A stretch of 63,994 nt of DNA, counting the filler, from Streblomastix strix (Eukaryota), in NCBI GenBank assembly GCA_008636045.1. It is 3 parts of 3 records of this genome, joined end to end, with 100 filler letters (N's around TTAATTAATTAA, not from the genome) between each part and the next. Parts side by side here need not be neighbours in the genome. Positions count along the whole stretch, not along the records: positions 21,815 to 43,522 come from SNRW01000358.1; 2 more parts are not named here. The stretch is one strand, 5' to 3'. This document shows, piece after piece, positions 26,301 to 37,926 of this stretch. The notes under the pieces are model-generated. The model was not told the origin of the DNA, made no database searches, and worked only from the letters and a program-made list of their open reading frames with translations. Numbering within the stretch: the first letter of the stretch is position 1; each line of letters begins with the position of its first letter. The position numbers were made by a program, and so were the translations under genes.

Positions 26301-28580
26301 CCATTCAGTAAAGAAGATTTTAACAATGAACTTCGAAAAGAATCTATGACAGATGAAACTTATCAAATTTAGCTAGAAGTCAGCGAATAATTTAAAAATA
26401 GGTGGGACTACTTACAATATTATAATGAACAAGATACCAGTATTATGATTAAACCTATCGTAAATTTAATTGAAATGAATTTTGAAAATTGGATTGATAT
26501 GTTTAATTATATTTCAATGGCAAGTTGTGCAAACACTATTAAGTATAAAATAGCTTGTCATGATTTTGATTTGAATGCACGTTACATTAACCAAAATGAT
26601 TCTTCATTCATCAATTTCTCTCCTTTTAATCTTACTGAGGAATATTGGGAATAAAAAGTAAATTCATATAAATAATAAGACTTAAAAGCTAAACAAAACA
26701 TCAAAAACAATGTATAAGAATCTGATTTTGAACAATTTGCATAATTAATTGAAAAAGGATCTTGATGGTTTTGTAAAGCAAGACTTACTAACGAAAATCG
26801 TCCAACACTTGATAGAATTAATAATGCAATTGGTCGTACAAAAGATATTGTTAGATTAGCATGCGTTTATTGTAATATTGCAAGAGCAAATAGAGATGAT
26901 AAAATAACTCGATTAAAGATATAACTTAAAAGATATTATTTAACAAAAGGTTTACCGAAGCTAATTACTAATGAAGATACTTATCACATTTTAATAAATG
27001 AAATTACAGGAGGATTAGCAAATGTTATCCACATATATAATATTAAGGGCGAAACTCATATTAATAAAATGAAATTTGAGGAAAATAAAGTCATTAGTTA
27101 TGATTTAGATCATATCATGACTCATATAACTGGAGTTGATAAGAATTCATTATATCCATCCATGTTTGGCAGACTCAAACATGATTTCATTAAATACACT
27201 GGCAATTAAATTTATACGCTTGATTATAAAATCAGTAGAAACACATGTACAAATGATAAATAAAAAAATTAAGCAATGGAAACTATAAATAATCCACTTA
27301 GATTTTCCTCAAGACAATCTGATATAAATAAAGTATCAATGTTCGTTGAAGAAGTTAAAGGACACATAGATGAAGAATATATCAATGATTTTATTAACTT
27401 TTCACCATTAATTAGAAAATATAAATACAAGGCATTGGAATCAGATATTGGAAAATATATGCATGAACACTAAAAGAAAAATGGATTACCAATTGATAAA
27501 GAAGAATATAAACTTAATTCGTTTCTCTCAACAATGGGATAATTTATGAGTTTTTATTCATATTATGTTTGGTTTCTTATCGATGATTGTCATTTCATAA
27601 TCGATGAAGTTAAATCTGTTAAGACATTCTCTAAACATCTTGGATTTGCGCCTTTTGTGAAACATTTTAGTCGATAACTTATATAAGCAAAGTTAGAAAA
27701 GAATAAAGGACTTGAATAATACAGTAAGATTTCAATGAATATTTCATTTGGTAGCGAAGGTATGAACTAAGAACACTTCTCGTAAATAAAAATATGTGAT
27801 AAAAATGAAACATTTAGAGCTCATCTCAAGGATATCTTTAAAGTAGACCGTTAATTAAATGAAAATTTATATGCTGTTGAATTTGAAAAGTAGAAATTTA
27901 ATTGCAATATTTGCATTTAAGTTGCATTTGCTATTTTAGATTGTTCCAAGTACTGGGTTATGAATTTATATTATAATTTCTTATATAGATGTCTTGATTA
28001 AAATCGATATCTTTATGTTTATGTTGATACAGATTCAATGATATTAGCTGTTGCTTGAGATCCAAATTAAGATTATACTTAAGGATTCTCTGCAATAATT
28101 TCTGATAAATAATTTTACGATGAAAAATTTTATAAATTCTTCCCTGATCCTAGTAAAGATGTATATGATGAAAAGAAATTACTTAGAGTTGCGTATGAAC
28201 ATTGCGGCTCATCATTATTTGCTTTCGCACCTAAGAATTATTGGCTTTTAGAAAATCTTGATAAGAAAAATCCTGAAATTATTAAACTCAAAGGTCTGAA
28301 TTTAAAATCTAATCCGCAAATTATTAAATAAGCATATGAAGAAAATATTAAGAATGGAACAGTAGTTAAAGGTAAGAATATGTCTCTTAGATAACGTGCT
28401 GGAGAAATGAATTAAATTGAAGTTCTCAAAAATGGAATAACAGGATTTCATACATAAATGGTAACATTACCAAATTAGTGTTGTTGTCCATTTATTTATT
28501 AGCTAACTGCAGATAGTTACAAAATTGCAAACGATTTTGGGACGAGCTTACACAGTCTCAAATGTTAAACGCTTTAATGA
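23307..28580 (+). pseudogene. Protein-primed family B DNA polymerase (pPolB) with N-terminal extension, C2HC finger and HNH-like insert; disrupted
   Basis: ExoI YDFET (24808 and 25719), ExoII YNSAHFD, ExoIII YYNEQDT, GGLANVIH, motif A DKNSLYPS (27138-27161), motif B KISMNISFG (27726-27752), motif C YVDTDS (28020-28037), APKNY and KLKG. In-frame TGA at 26763 and 28056, frameshifts and a 911-bp duplication. Start is approximate. Confidence 0.93.
24047..25878 (+). repeat. 911-bp direct tandem duplication inside pPolB
   Basis: gtcgttaagttcatc at 24061 and 24972; aattaagaaaatatatt at 24951 and 25862; AAAATATATT at 24047, 24958 and 25869. Confidence 0.95.
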
Positions 28581-28627
28581 ATTCGCATTTTATGAATTAA
28601 TTTTATTTTTGATTTAATTCAAAAACA

Positions 28628-30020
28628 ATGAATAATGATTGGAATACAATTTACGTTTCTCCACAAAGATAAGGAGGACATTACTTAAGACCGCGAAAAA
28701 GAAAATCGGAAGAAGAAATTTAAATGACATACTCGAAAGATATAAATCAAGCAATATAAGTACAGTTGAGGAATACCGTTAGTTACAAATTATTATGATT
28801 TAAGAAATACTTAGGAAAAATAAAAATTTAGACTTAGAAGAATTTAATGAAGCACTTGATTTACATGAGAATGATGCCGAGCTTCCAGAATTGTAAGAAT
28901 ATGCAAATATAATAAAAGTAGGAGGAAAATCAATAGTATAATGGTTTAATGATTATGTCTATGAAACGGTAAATAGAGGTTAAATAAGAAAGAATATAAG
29001 ATAGGAATTGAATGTTGGTGAGTAATAATTGAGATAAGATGTGGAATTCCCATTCAAATCAAAAGTAAAAGCATTTTAGAAAATACATGGAATACAGTTC
29101 GATCAAAACGAATTTAAAACTGATGACATCGTCGACATTCCAGATTATTAAGTTAAATAACTATACAAGAAGTTTGGAAGACCTTACTTTTCTCAAAATA
29201 CTAGTTCATGGGGAATTGATTTAGTATTCGCAATGAATATATTAATAAAAAAAGCAAGTGCAGTTCATTTATTCTGTATCAATATCAATACCAAATATCT
29301 TGTTGTATATCGATTAGTTAATAAATCAACAGATTAAATTTTAAAAGCACTATAAGATTTAGTGAACCATCAGGATGTGAGATATATTGGAGGTGATGGA
29401 GAAAAAGGATTTGCTGCTCCATAATTAAAAAACTTCTACGAAGGTCCAAATAATAATAATATAAAAGCATTTTTCATTAGTAGTTCATCTGCCCCATTTA
29501 CAAATCATAATAGAATTGTTGATTCGGTTGTAAACGCCGTCAGAAATGCATTCGGATTAGATAAAAGAGCGTTTACAAATCCTGGTTTAATGTAATAAAT
29601 GGTAGAAATTTATAATAATACTCAACATAAAGCTTTTAATAATTATTTTACACCTGGATAAGTCAATATTAATGAAGATCTTGAAGAAATATTCATAAGA
29701 AAACATAATAAAGAATTGCAAGAAGCAAAACATAAATAAATATTTGAAGGACTGCATAACTTTCAAAAAGGAAATATCATAATGATTCGTGTTGATTATT
29801 CTCGAACATTATATGTTTTCTTGAAATAAAGAAGAAATTTTAATTAACTTGCAGAATTTATTACATATGTTCACGGAAATGTTTGTTGTTGAACATTAAG
29901 ACTTTTTAAGGACTTAAAGTCTATTGAAATTCCAATATATTATTGCAAATATGTACGTAAAAATACTAAAGAATTATATTCTCCCAAATTCAAAGATTAT
30001 TGATAAGTATTTCTAATTTG
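28628..30020 (+). pseudogene. Retroviral-like (rve) integrase of the Polinton
   Basis: SWGIDL (D 29218), LFCININTKYL, IGGDGEKGF (D 29395), NHNRIVDSV (D 29521), YNNTQH..F...TP. Frameshifts in the N-terminal part and TGA at 29890. Confidence 0.87.
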
Positions 30021-30091
30021 ACTAGTACTTTATTTATTTAATTTCATTTTACATTTTTATCTATTTAGTTTTAATTAATTTCAAATTAGAG

Positions 30092-30448
30092 ATGGAAAAT
30101 GAAGAAATTAAGGAATTATTTAACTAAAAGTTAGATAACTTGAAAGCAACAACATAAAGTGTTGTCACAAAAGAAAAAGTCAATCGTGGTAGAAAACGGA
30201 AATATTCATCTGAAGAAGAAGCTAAAACAATTGCAAGATAATAGATTAAGATATATGCTGCTAAATATTCTTTATAAAAATAATATTTCAAATCTCATGC
30301 AACAGATTCTTAATACAGATTAATTAAGAGACCCCAAAAAATAATATTAAGTAACGAATCATTAATATAAATTCATGAAATTGTTGATTAATTTGATGAA
30401 CATATTATAAAATTGAAAGATATAATTTCTACTTAAACCGAAGAATGA
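30092..30448 (+). CDS. Small basic protein (118 aa), putative DNA-binding
   Basis: MENEEIKELF...NRGRKRKYSSEEEAKTIARQQIK...QTEE*; frame is intact. Confidence 0.6.
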
Positions 30449-30469
30449 AAATGAAATAAATTCCTATCT

Positions 30470-31561
30470 TATTTGCAGCCTCACTGCTTATGTCGTAAGC
30501 TCAAAATTATTATTCTTATTTTTCTAAATCTAATGATTACTGTATTGCAGCAAGTTCATTCAATTCATTGTCTCCAGGTTCTCCATTCTGCATTGCTGTT
30601 TTTGGAGGTTTTGAAAGTTAAATTATACGAATCGCCTATTAATAATCCAATATAGGAGGTGTAAAATTAAGTACAAATCCCAAATCAGCTCCATCTTCAA
30701 TTAGCGTTTCTATTTTTGCTGTTTAATCTTTGATTTAGTTGTATAATCCTGCTAGTTCACTTAGTTGTTTTTCTTAAAATAGACTATTAAATACATTTAT
30801 AGCCTATTTATATATCGCCTCACATTATTTTCTAGTTTAAACATTATTATACATTTAGAAGTAATTTGCCTAAGTAAATGCATAATTTGTCTATTCATTT
30901 GCTTTTAATGTTGCAATCCAGCCTATAAAGTATTTTTTCCAAAGGTATGGAGCTAATCTTAAGAAAGATAATTATTATTTTCGACGAAGGGCTTGATTTG
31001 TCCTTCCATGGTTTTCATAAACTGAGTGCCTCATACTTTTAAGAACAATCTGAGCAGCTTTATTAAATAATTATTTTGCAACGGCTGCTGGAATTAATGG
31101 CCTAATTGTTTCATCATACCAAAATCCATGATTATGATCAACTCTTGCTGAATTTGTAGGATATTTGCCTTAATATTAACTCAGCATGAATCTTTATTTC
31201 GTTCAACAGCACGATAATCATCAATAGAATAAAATCCTCTTGAATTAGTCTCAGTTATATTTTTAGTTGTATTTTCATCGTTATCAAGAACTTCATTCTA
31301 AACTTTCCAATTTTTCAAACCTTTATCATTAATCCAATTCTATGCACTTTGTTCATTAACTAGTGTTTTAACTCTTTTAATATCTTTTGCCAATCTTCCA
31401 ACAATATAAATTAACACAGATCCAACTTAATCGGCTAACGCTCTTTATTATGCCCTACGTTTTTCACCTATTCTTCCATTTCCAACTCTAGCTGTAATAT
31501 TTTCAAAAGTAATATTTTATCTTGGAAGTTTTGTTTTTGGTTATCCTCGAATGAAACCCAT
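30470..31561 (-). pseudogene. Uncharacterised Polinton protein with one frameshift (~31200)
   Basis: MGFIRGQPKTKLPRQNITF...WINDKGLKNWKV...FYSIDDYRAVE, then continuing in another frame MLSQYQGKYPTNSARVDHNHGFWYDE. The 3' end is approximate. Confidence 0.55.
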
Positions 31562-31589
31562 ATATCTTGCTTAATTTTTTACATTATAC

Positions 31590-32549
31590 GGAAGATATTC
31601 ATTAGATCCTTTTTTGTAGATATCTTCATATACTCTTCGACTTCTAACACCTGAAATTATTTAATTACTAGAAGCAGAAGGACCTTGGCCTTACGTTGAT
31701 GACGATGATGAACTTGATTGATTCATATTTGTTATGCTTTAGTTGAAAGATAAAACTTAAATTATGATAATGAAATGAAGATGGATGATCGAAATCCATT
31801 TTAAGAATGAAACAAATACTCTTTAGAGCATGAATGCAGTGAGTATGGAAGATAATGAATAAAAATAAGCAACGCAAAGCTCTGCTAATGAATCCAGAAG
31901 GGATCAGTTTTTGACTTATTCATCATGGATAAATACAAAATAATCGAATTAAAGTTAAGTTTTAAAGAGTACATCTCCATCTCTTTAGCCTTTAGACCGC
32001 TAACATAGTTAGTAGAGTGAGAATGTAATGAGTTCAATGATTTCTCCAAGAGCTATTGTAAAAGTCGGTTCTTTATTTGAAAAGGAAACTCAACCAGTTA
32101 CTTAAGGTTTAACTCGACTACGATCATCAATATTTGAAGAAACAATCATGCCAAATCCTTCTATTTGCAGATGGTTATTAGATATAATTAGTGAAGATGA
32201 ACATATGACAAAAGAATATGCACATTTCATTTTATCAGGACCTTAATTAATAAGAGTTGTTGCATACATATATGAAAGTCCTGAAAGTTAAGTTGAAATA
32301 ATTGTTGAAGATGAAACTTGCTGCAGTAAATTTTGTCATGATTGTAAAGAAACAATAACTGATATTGCAATTTCAAACGTGAATATCTTAACATTAGATA
32401 TGGATAAAGTAAATTTATTGAGAAATTCTAATAAAATATGTCTGCAAAAAGTTAGAAAAATATCTAGTATACTTGATTTAGGAGAAATATCATCTAGAAT
32501 AATGAGAGCTATATCATATAGATTAATGTAAGTTCTTTCTAAAGTATGA
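31590..32549 (+). pseudogene. Uncharacterised Polinton protein
   Basis: Long frame LDPFLQISSYTLRLLTPEIIQLLEAEGPWPYVDDDDELD*F...EDETCCSKFCHDCKE...VLSKV* with TGA at 31719 and 31776. Confidence 0.55.
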
Positions 32550-32596
32550 GCATAACATATGTTAATTAATTTATTTTTGTTAGAAATCAACTTAAA

Positions 32597-35500
32597 ATGG
32601 ACGGAGATTTGCATATGCTTGATGTAGTCTTGAAACATGATGAGGTATTGTTCGGCTCTTCTCGTTATAACGTTGTAGGTTTAGTGGATTAAGTTATAAA
32701 CATTAATAATTAAACCAATAATATTAATAACGATCCAGTACAAGATGTATATACAAGACCAGAGGTAAATGAATAATTAAATAAAAAAGCTGAAAAAACT
32801 GATCTTGATGATTATTATGACAAAAGTGAGACATTTGCCAAAGAAGAAGTCTATACAATTACTGAAGCAGATTAGTTGCTCAGTGAAAAAGCTGACAAAA
32901 CTGAATTAATTGATTCTTATAGCAAAAGCGAGACTTTTGCCAGAGGCGAAGTCTGTAGCAAAAATGAAACAGATGAATTGCTTGACGAAAAACTTAATGA
33001 AGCCGTACTTGATGACTACTATAGTAAAACTGAAACTTATGCAAAGATTGAAACATATAACAAAACAGAGCTTAATTCATTTCTTGATGAAAAGGCAGAT
33101 ATTGGCATATCTTACGCAAAATCTGAAGATGTTGCATTGCTGTTATTGAAAGCTGATGAAACATAATTGATCGATTCTTACGCAAAATAAGAAGATGATA
33201 CAATGTTACTGTTGAAAACAGATAAAACAGACTTAATAGATTCTTACACAATGACTGAGACCGATTAAAAATTAAAGATGAAATCAGACAAAACAGATTC
33301 GATTAATTCATATTCTAAATCAAAAGATGATGTGTTATTATTACTGTTGAAGGCAGACAAAACAGATTTGGATAACTTTGTTGATTTATCATCAGCATAA
33401 ACAATATTAGGATAGAAATAATATGGTATAATTTCTGTGTAAAGTGTATCAAAACTGTGTAAAAATGATGCATAAATCTTATTAGCAGGAGGTGGAGATA
33501 TGTTAGTGAATTCTTTAGTAACACAACCATAGTTATAAGAATTTGGAGATATTGCATAAGGTAAATCAAAAAGTTATGTATTTGCAACGACAGAAGAGAT
33601 GAATACTTGGATGGAAAATTAAGAAAATGTTGCAAAATTATCTATTGGTGATAACTTATATATTGTAGATAAGGAAGTTATGGATTATTGGTGGGATGGC
33701 GCAAATTTTCGAGTATTGGAAGCAGAATTACCTGATATCAGTAATGTTGTTGCTATATTAGGTGCAGCAACTGGAAGTGGTAATGCAATAAATGACGTAT
33801 CAATCGATGGAAATACAATAACACCAGCGAAAAATTCTACGTTTTTTACAACTGGATTTGATCAATCTATTACTGGGATGAAAATATTTACAAGCACTAT
33901 TATTTCTAACGGTATTTAATATTCAAGATATGATATTAACTCTGTATTTCTTGCTGATGGTGGAGTTAGAGCAATATCTGATATAAATGCAAGTGTTGAT
34001 TTGAGTAACTATAATAATAAAACAAAGACATATTCTTAAATTGAAACTGATACCTTGCTAAATAATAAAGCAAATACTGGTGTTTCAAACACTAAAGGTG
34101 AAGATGATGAATTATTACTAGCGAAAGCTGATAAAACATAATTAATAGATTCTTATACTAAAACCAAAACAAATAAACTCTTAAATTATAAGAGAGATAC
34201 TGGAGTTTCAAATACAAAAAGCGAAGATAATGTACTCCTATTACTGAAAGCAGATAAGACATAATTAACAGATTCTTACACAAAAACGGAATCAGATAAC
34301 TTGTTAAATAATAAAGCGAATACTGGAGTTTCCGATACAAAAGGAGAATATGACACATTATTATTTGCAAAAGCTGATAAGACATAATTGATTGATGCAT
34401 ATTCTAAATCTGAAGATGATGCACTACTACTATTGAAAGCAGATAAGATATAATTGATTGATTCTTACACAAAAACTGAGACAAATAATCTCTTAAATAA
34501 TAAGACTGATAATGGATTTTCATATACAAAAGGTGAAGATGATACATTATTATATGCAAAAGCTGATAAAACATAATTGATTGACTCACACACTAAAACA
34601 TAAACTGATAATCTATTAAATGATAAGGCAAATTAGTCAACAACATATACGAAAACAGAAACAGATCAATTGATATCTTAAATTGATACAAGTGATGTTG
34701 ATTTAAGTAGTTACTACACAAAAACAAAAACAGATGAATTATTCTATGAAAAGGCAAATACGACTGATCTGTCTAAATATATGACCTTATGTATTGCATA
34801 AACAATTTATGCAAACAAGACATTCAACAACTCTTGCAGATTTGTAAGTTCTAGTGATGAAATGTCGACTGTAACTGGTTCATCATTTATCAAATCTGGT
34901 GCTGATGATAGCGTTGTATTACTTGAAGCTGGTGGTGCTAAACCAATATCTGAGTTTGGTGGTGCTCCAACTTACTTATCAAATTATTATACAAAAACAT
35001 AGATTTTTTCACAAACTGAAGCAAATAATAAATTTGTAAGACCGGAAGGTTCTATTCAATAAACAATAACAGGAAGAGTAAAATATGTAAGTTCATTTGG
35101 TGAAACTTTTTATGAGACATAGGACCCAGGTGCTAATACTTATTTGACAATGTCTGAAGTGGATGCAAAATTATCATCTAAAATGGATTAGAGTGCATTA
35201 GGTAATTTAGTTAATACAATATAAGATTAGACTATTAATGGATCTAAGACATTTATGAGTAACGTTAGTACCACAGGATTTGCGAAAACAGGTAAAGATG
35301 ATACATCAGTTTTTTTTAGTTGGTAGTGGAGATATGTTATTATCAACATTTGGAGGATTAGAATTAGTAAATATTAATTACAAGAGTAATGTAGTTAGTC
35401 CAACTTCAATTTCGTCACTAAAATGTTATAGATTTGGATCACTAGTCAACTTTTACGGTTATATATATATGGGTAATGGAGCGGGTGCATCTGGTGCATC

Positions 35501-35714
35501 AGTTGCAGTTTGTACACTTGAAAGTGCTGGATTTCCAAAGCATTTATTTTATGCAAATGATATAGTTTTTGCTGGCTCTGCACCACATGTTGCAAATTTC
35601 CGATTTGGAACTGATGAAAAGGTTACGATAACTATTAGAGCACTAACTGGAACAGCGGGTTTAGCTGGTGCTGCATCAACATACGTCAATGTTACCCATC
35701 CTGCAGCAAATTGA
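32597..35714 (+). CDS. Phage-tail-fibre-like virion protein (~1040 aa) with YTKxExDxLLxxKA repeats and a C-terminal beta head; one frameshift near 35315
   Basis: Repeats KADKTQLIDSYTKTETNNLLNNK.NTGVSYTKGEDD.LLL; shaft motifs QSITGMKIF and QTINGSKTF; head CYRFGSLVNFYG..LESAGFP..FRFGTDEKVTI (supplied ORF 35280-35714). Confidence 0.75.
34061..34680 (+). repeat. 123-nt (41-aa) coding tandem repeat in the fibre, with one extra 66-nt sub-unit
   Basis: Unit starts at 34061, 34184, 34307, 34496 (+66) and 34619. Related shorter repeats lie at ~32750-33370. Confidence 0.85.
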
Positions 35715-35830
35715 AAACAAAGTAATCAAAGTTAATTTCACCAACTTATTGGTTTAATATACATCTGTTACATAGGTAAAATGAAAGAGTGAATGTATTT
35801 GTAAATTATTTTTGTTATATCCCAAATATA

Positions 35831-36385
35831 ATGACAGTATATATTGATGAAGCATTACTTGACGCAGCTGGACTAATGGATTTTTCAGAATTATACGCAT
35901 ATATTAGAGAAAGAGAATCTAGACATCCTATTGAAACAGCACCTCCTGTTCCTGTTGGAGATTAAACATTATTAGAGTAAGTTAAGATCAATGCAAATAT
36001 TCTTGAAAATACAAATGAAGTTTTCGTACCACCAGAACCAAATATGCCAGTAAAAATAGATTATGGATAATAAATTGTAAATAAACCTTTTGTCTTTAAT
36101 GAGATGCAACCTATACTGATTGTTAATGGTGAAAGATTTACACTAAATTGTTTTGTAACTATAAAGTAATAATTTAAAGGATATGTTTTCAATTCATATC
36201 CTTAAGAGGCCAAACCAAAGGATAATATTAAAATAATTACTATAATCTGTAATAACTTCATTAATAATATTAATTAATTCTGTTATATTGACGAAAATGG
36301 TTCTTATATTTATGTTGAAGATGATAGAGAAATAGCTGCAAATACTTCAATTGTAATATCAACAACTTATAACAAAATAGTTTGA
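35831..36385 (+). CDS. Polinton protein (184 aa) with a C-terminal beta-rich, head-like domain
   Basis: Intact ORF MTVYIDEALLDAAG...FTLNCFVTI..YPQEAKP..CYIDENGSYIYV..IVISTTYNKIV*. Confidence 0.65.
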
Positions 36386-36398
36386 AGCACTTAAATAA

Positions 36399-37426
36399 AT
36401 AAATTATGATTCAAATAATGATGGAAAAGTTGATATTATGGATGTATGGAATGGAAGTGGATAAGGAACTCATGAAGCTTAATCTTATGAGTACGATGTT
36501 ATGAAAAAATAATCTGATTTGGTTGATCATCATATTGAAGGAACAGTTTTACATAATTTCTTGAATAATGACATCAAACTAATAGATAAGTTTGGAATTT
36601 ATAAAACTGATCGTGCTGCATATTATATTTAAGATGGTCCAATTGTTATATTCAGTTTTGGTGCTAAGCTTGAAGATAACATACAAAATATCTATATAAT
36701 ATTTTCAACAGTTGACAACAAAATTTTACCTCCATATGCTAAATATCACGCATTGCATGCTAAGTAAAATGAATTTAAGGGATATTGCTAGTAAATATAA
36801 TAGCTAGATAAATCAACCTCATAATAAGTCATAATCAGTTGTAAATTAGATAAAAAAAAGATTGTGAATTCTCTGGTACATATGTAGTAGATAATTATTA
36901 AAACTTGATTGTTGCAAATGAAAATATTCTTTAGAGCGCCAATAGTATTGGTAATGAAAATTAACCGGAGTCAATCATAGATGATGCGATAATAAAATGT
37001 GATAGAAAACTTGAAACTCATTCAATTAAATAATATACAATTAGTAATGAAATAGGTTAATTGGATATTGTTTAAAGTTTCAATTTAGGATCTCCTCACA
37101 ATCCATTTTATATTATTGATGATGGAGCTTGTAAAGTTTGTGTATTCAACTTATTACTCGAGACTAAGGGATTCTACTAAAAGTACTAACCAGTTTCTCC
37201 AAATCCTGATGAATTAGTTCCCTTGAATAATAATAAGTTGGTGTTTCCAGCAACTTTAATGATAACAGTTGGTGAATCATGTCAAACAGATACTTTTGTA
37301 GGTTATTTTATTGTGAATAGTTCTACAAAATAGCACTCATTTTCTGTTGATAGACCTGTAGTTATATCGCCATAATCATCTAATGTACTTTACTATTGTG
37401 TTAGTGGATTACATTATGTCGACTGA
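36399..37426 (+). pseudogene. Polinton protein with an N-terminal DxNxDG Ca-binding-like motif and two beta-rich domains
   Basis: (ATA)NYDSNNDGKVDIMDVW...; frameshift in the A-run near 36855; ends YCVSGLHYVD*. The start codon appears mutated ATG to ATA. Confidence 0.55.
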
Positions 37427-37489
37427 TGAGGTAAATTAAAAGGATATTGTTTATTTTTGTTTAATCGAAACAAGATTAATATTCAAAAC

Positions 37490-37804
37490 ATGCCTGTCGG
37501 GATTTACAGTAAAATTAAATTATTAATATCTAAAGTTGGCAAATGTTTGTCATGGGTGAATAATCATGTTGTTAAATCTTATGTACTTCCTGCTGCAAAA
37601 TAATTTAGTGGATTACCTCCTGGAGGAAGCTTTGTAACAAAAGGAATTGAAGCATAATCATCTGCTCCTGATGCATTTAATGTGCAAGGATCTAAATAAG
37701 AAGCGAAGAATAAATTTAACGATTTAATGGATGATCCATATTTGCGGAATTTGCCAATAGAATCATTAAGTAGATTAATTAAACTTCGCGGAGGTCAATC
37801 GTGA
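37490..37804 (+). CDS. Small protein (104 aa) with an N-terminal amphipathic helix; candidate adenovirus pVI-like membrane-lytic protein
   Basis: MPVGIYSKIKLLISKVGKCLSWVNNHVVKSYVLPAAKQF...LIKLRGGQS*; lies directly upstream of the major capsid gene. Confidence 0.6.
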
Positions 37805-37900
37805 GACCGAACGTAGTTCGACAACCTGAAAGGTCGCTGCGCAAGCTTGTAGCCAAATCGGAAACAATTTAGACTGGTGTAATAACATAATCTAAAGTAA

Positions 37901-37909
37901 TTATTTTTG
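37901..37909 (+). promoter_or_regulatory. TTATTTTTG gene-start motif of the Polinton (also at 28603, 32571, 35806, 37451 and 39675)
   Basis: Exact 9-mer ending 16-17 nt before the ATG in five genes and 30 nt before it in a sixth. Confidence 0.65.
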
Positions 37910-37926
37910 ATCTTTTACAAATCAGC

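Noticed and set aside
37423..37500. Hammerhead-like core CTGATGAG...CGAAAC at the end of the 36399-37426 ORF
   Set aside because: Stem II is weak, and no stem I or clean stem III with an NUH site can be formed in type I or III topology; CTGA is simply the ORF's stop codon context.
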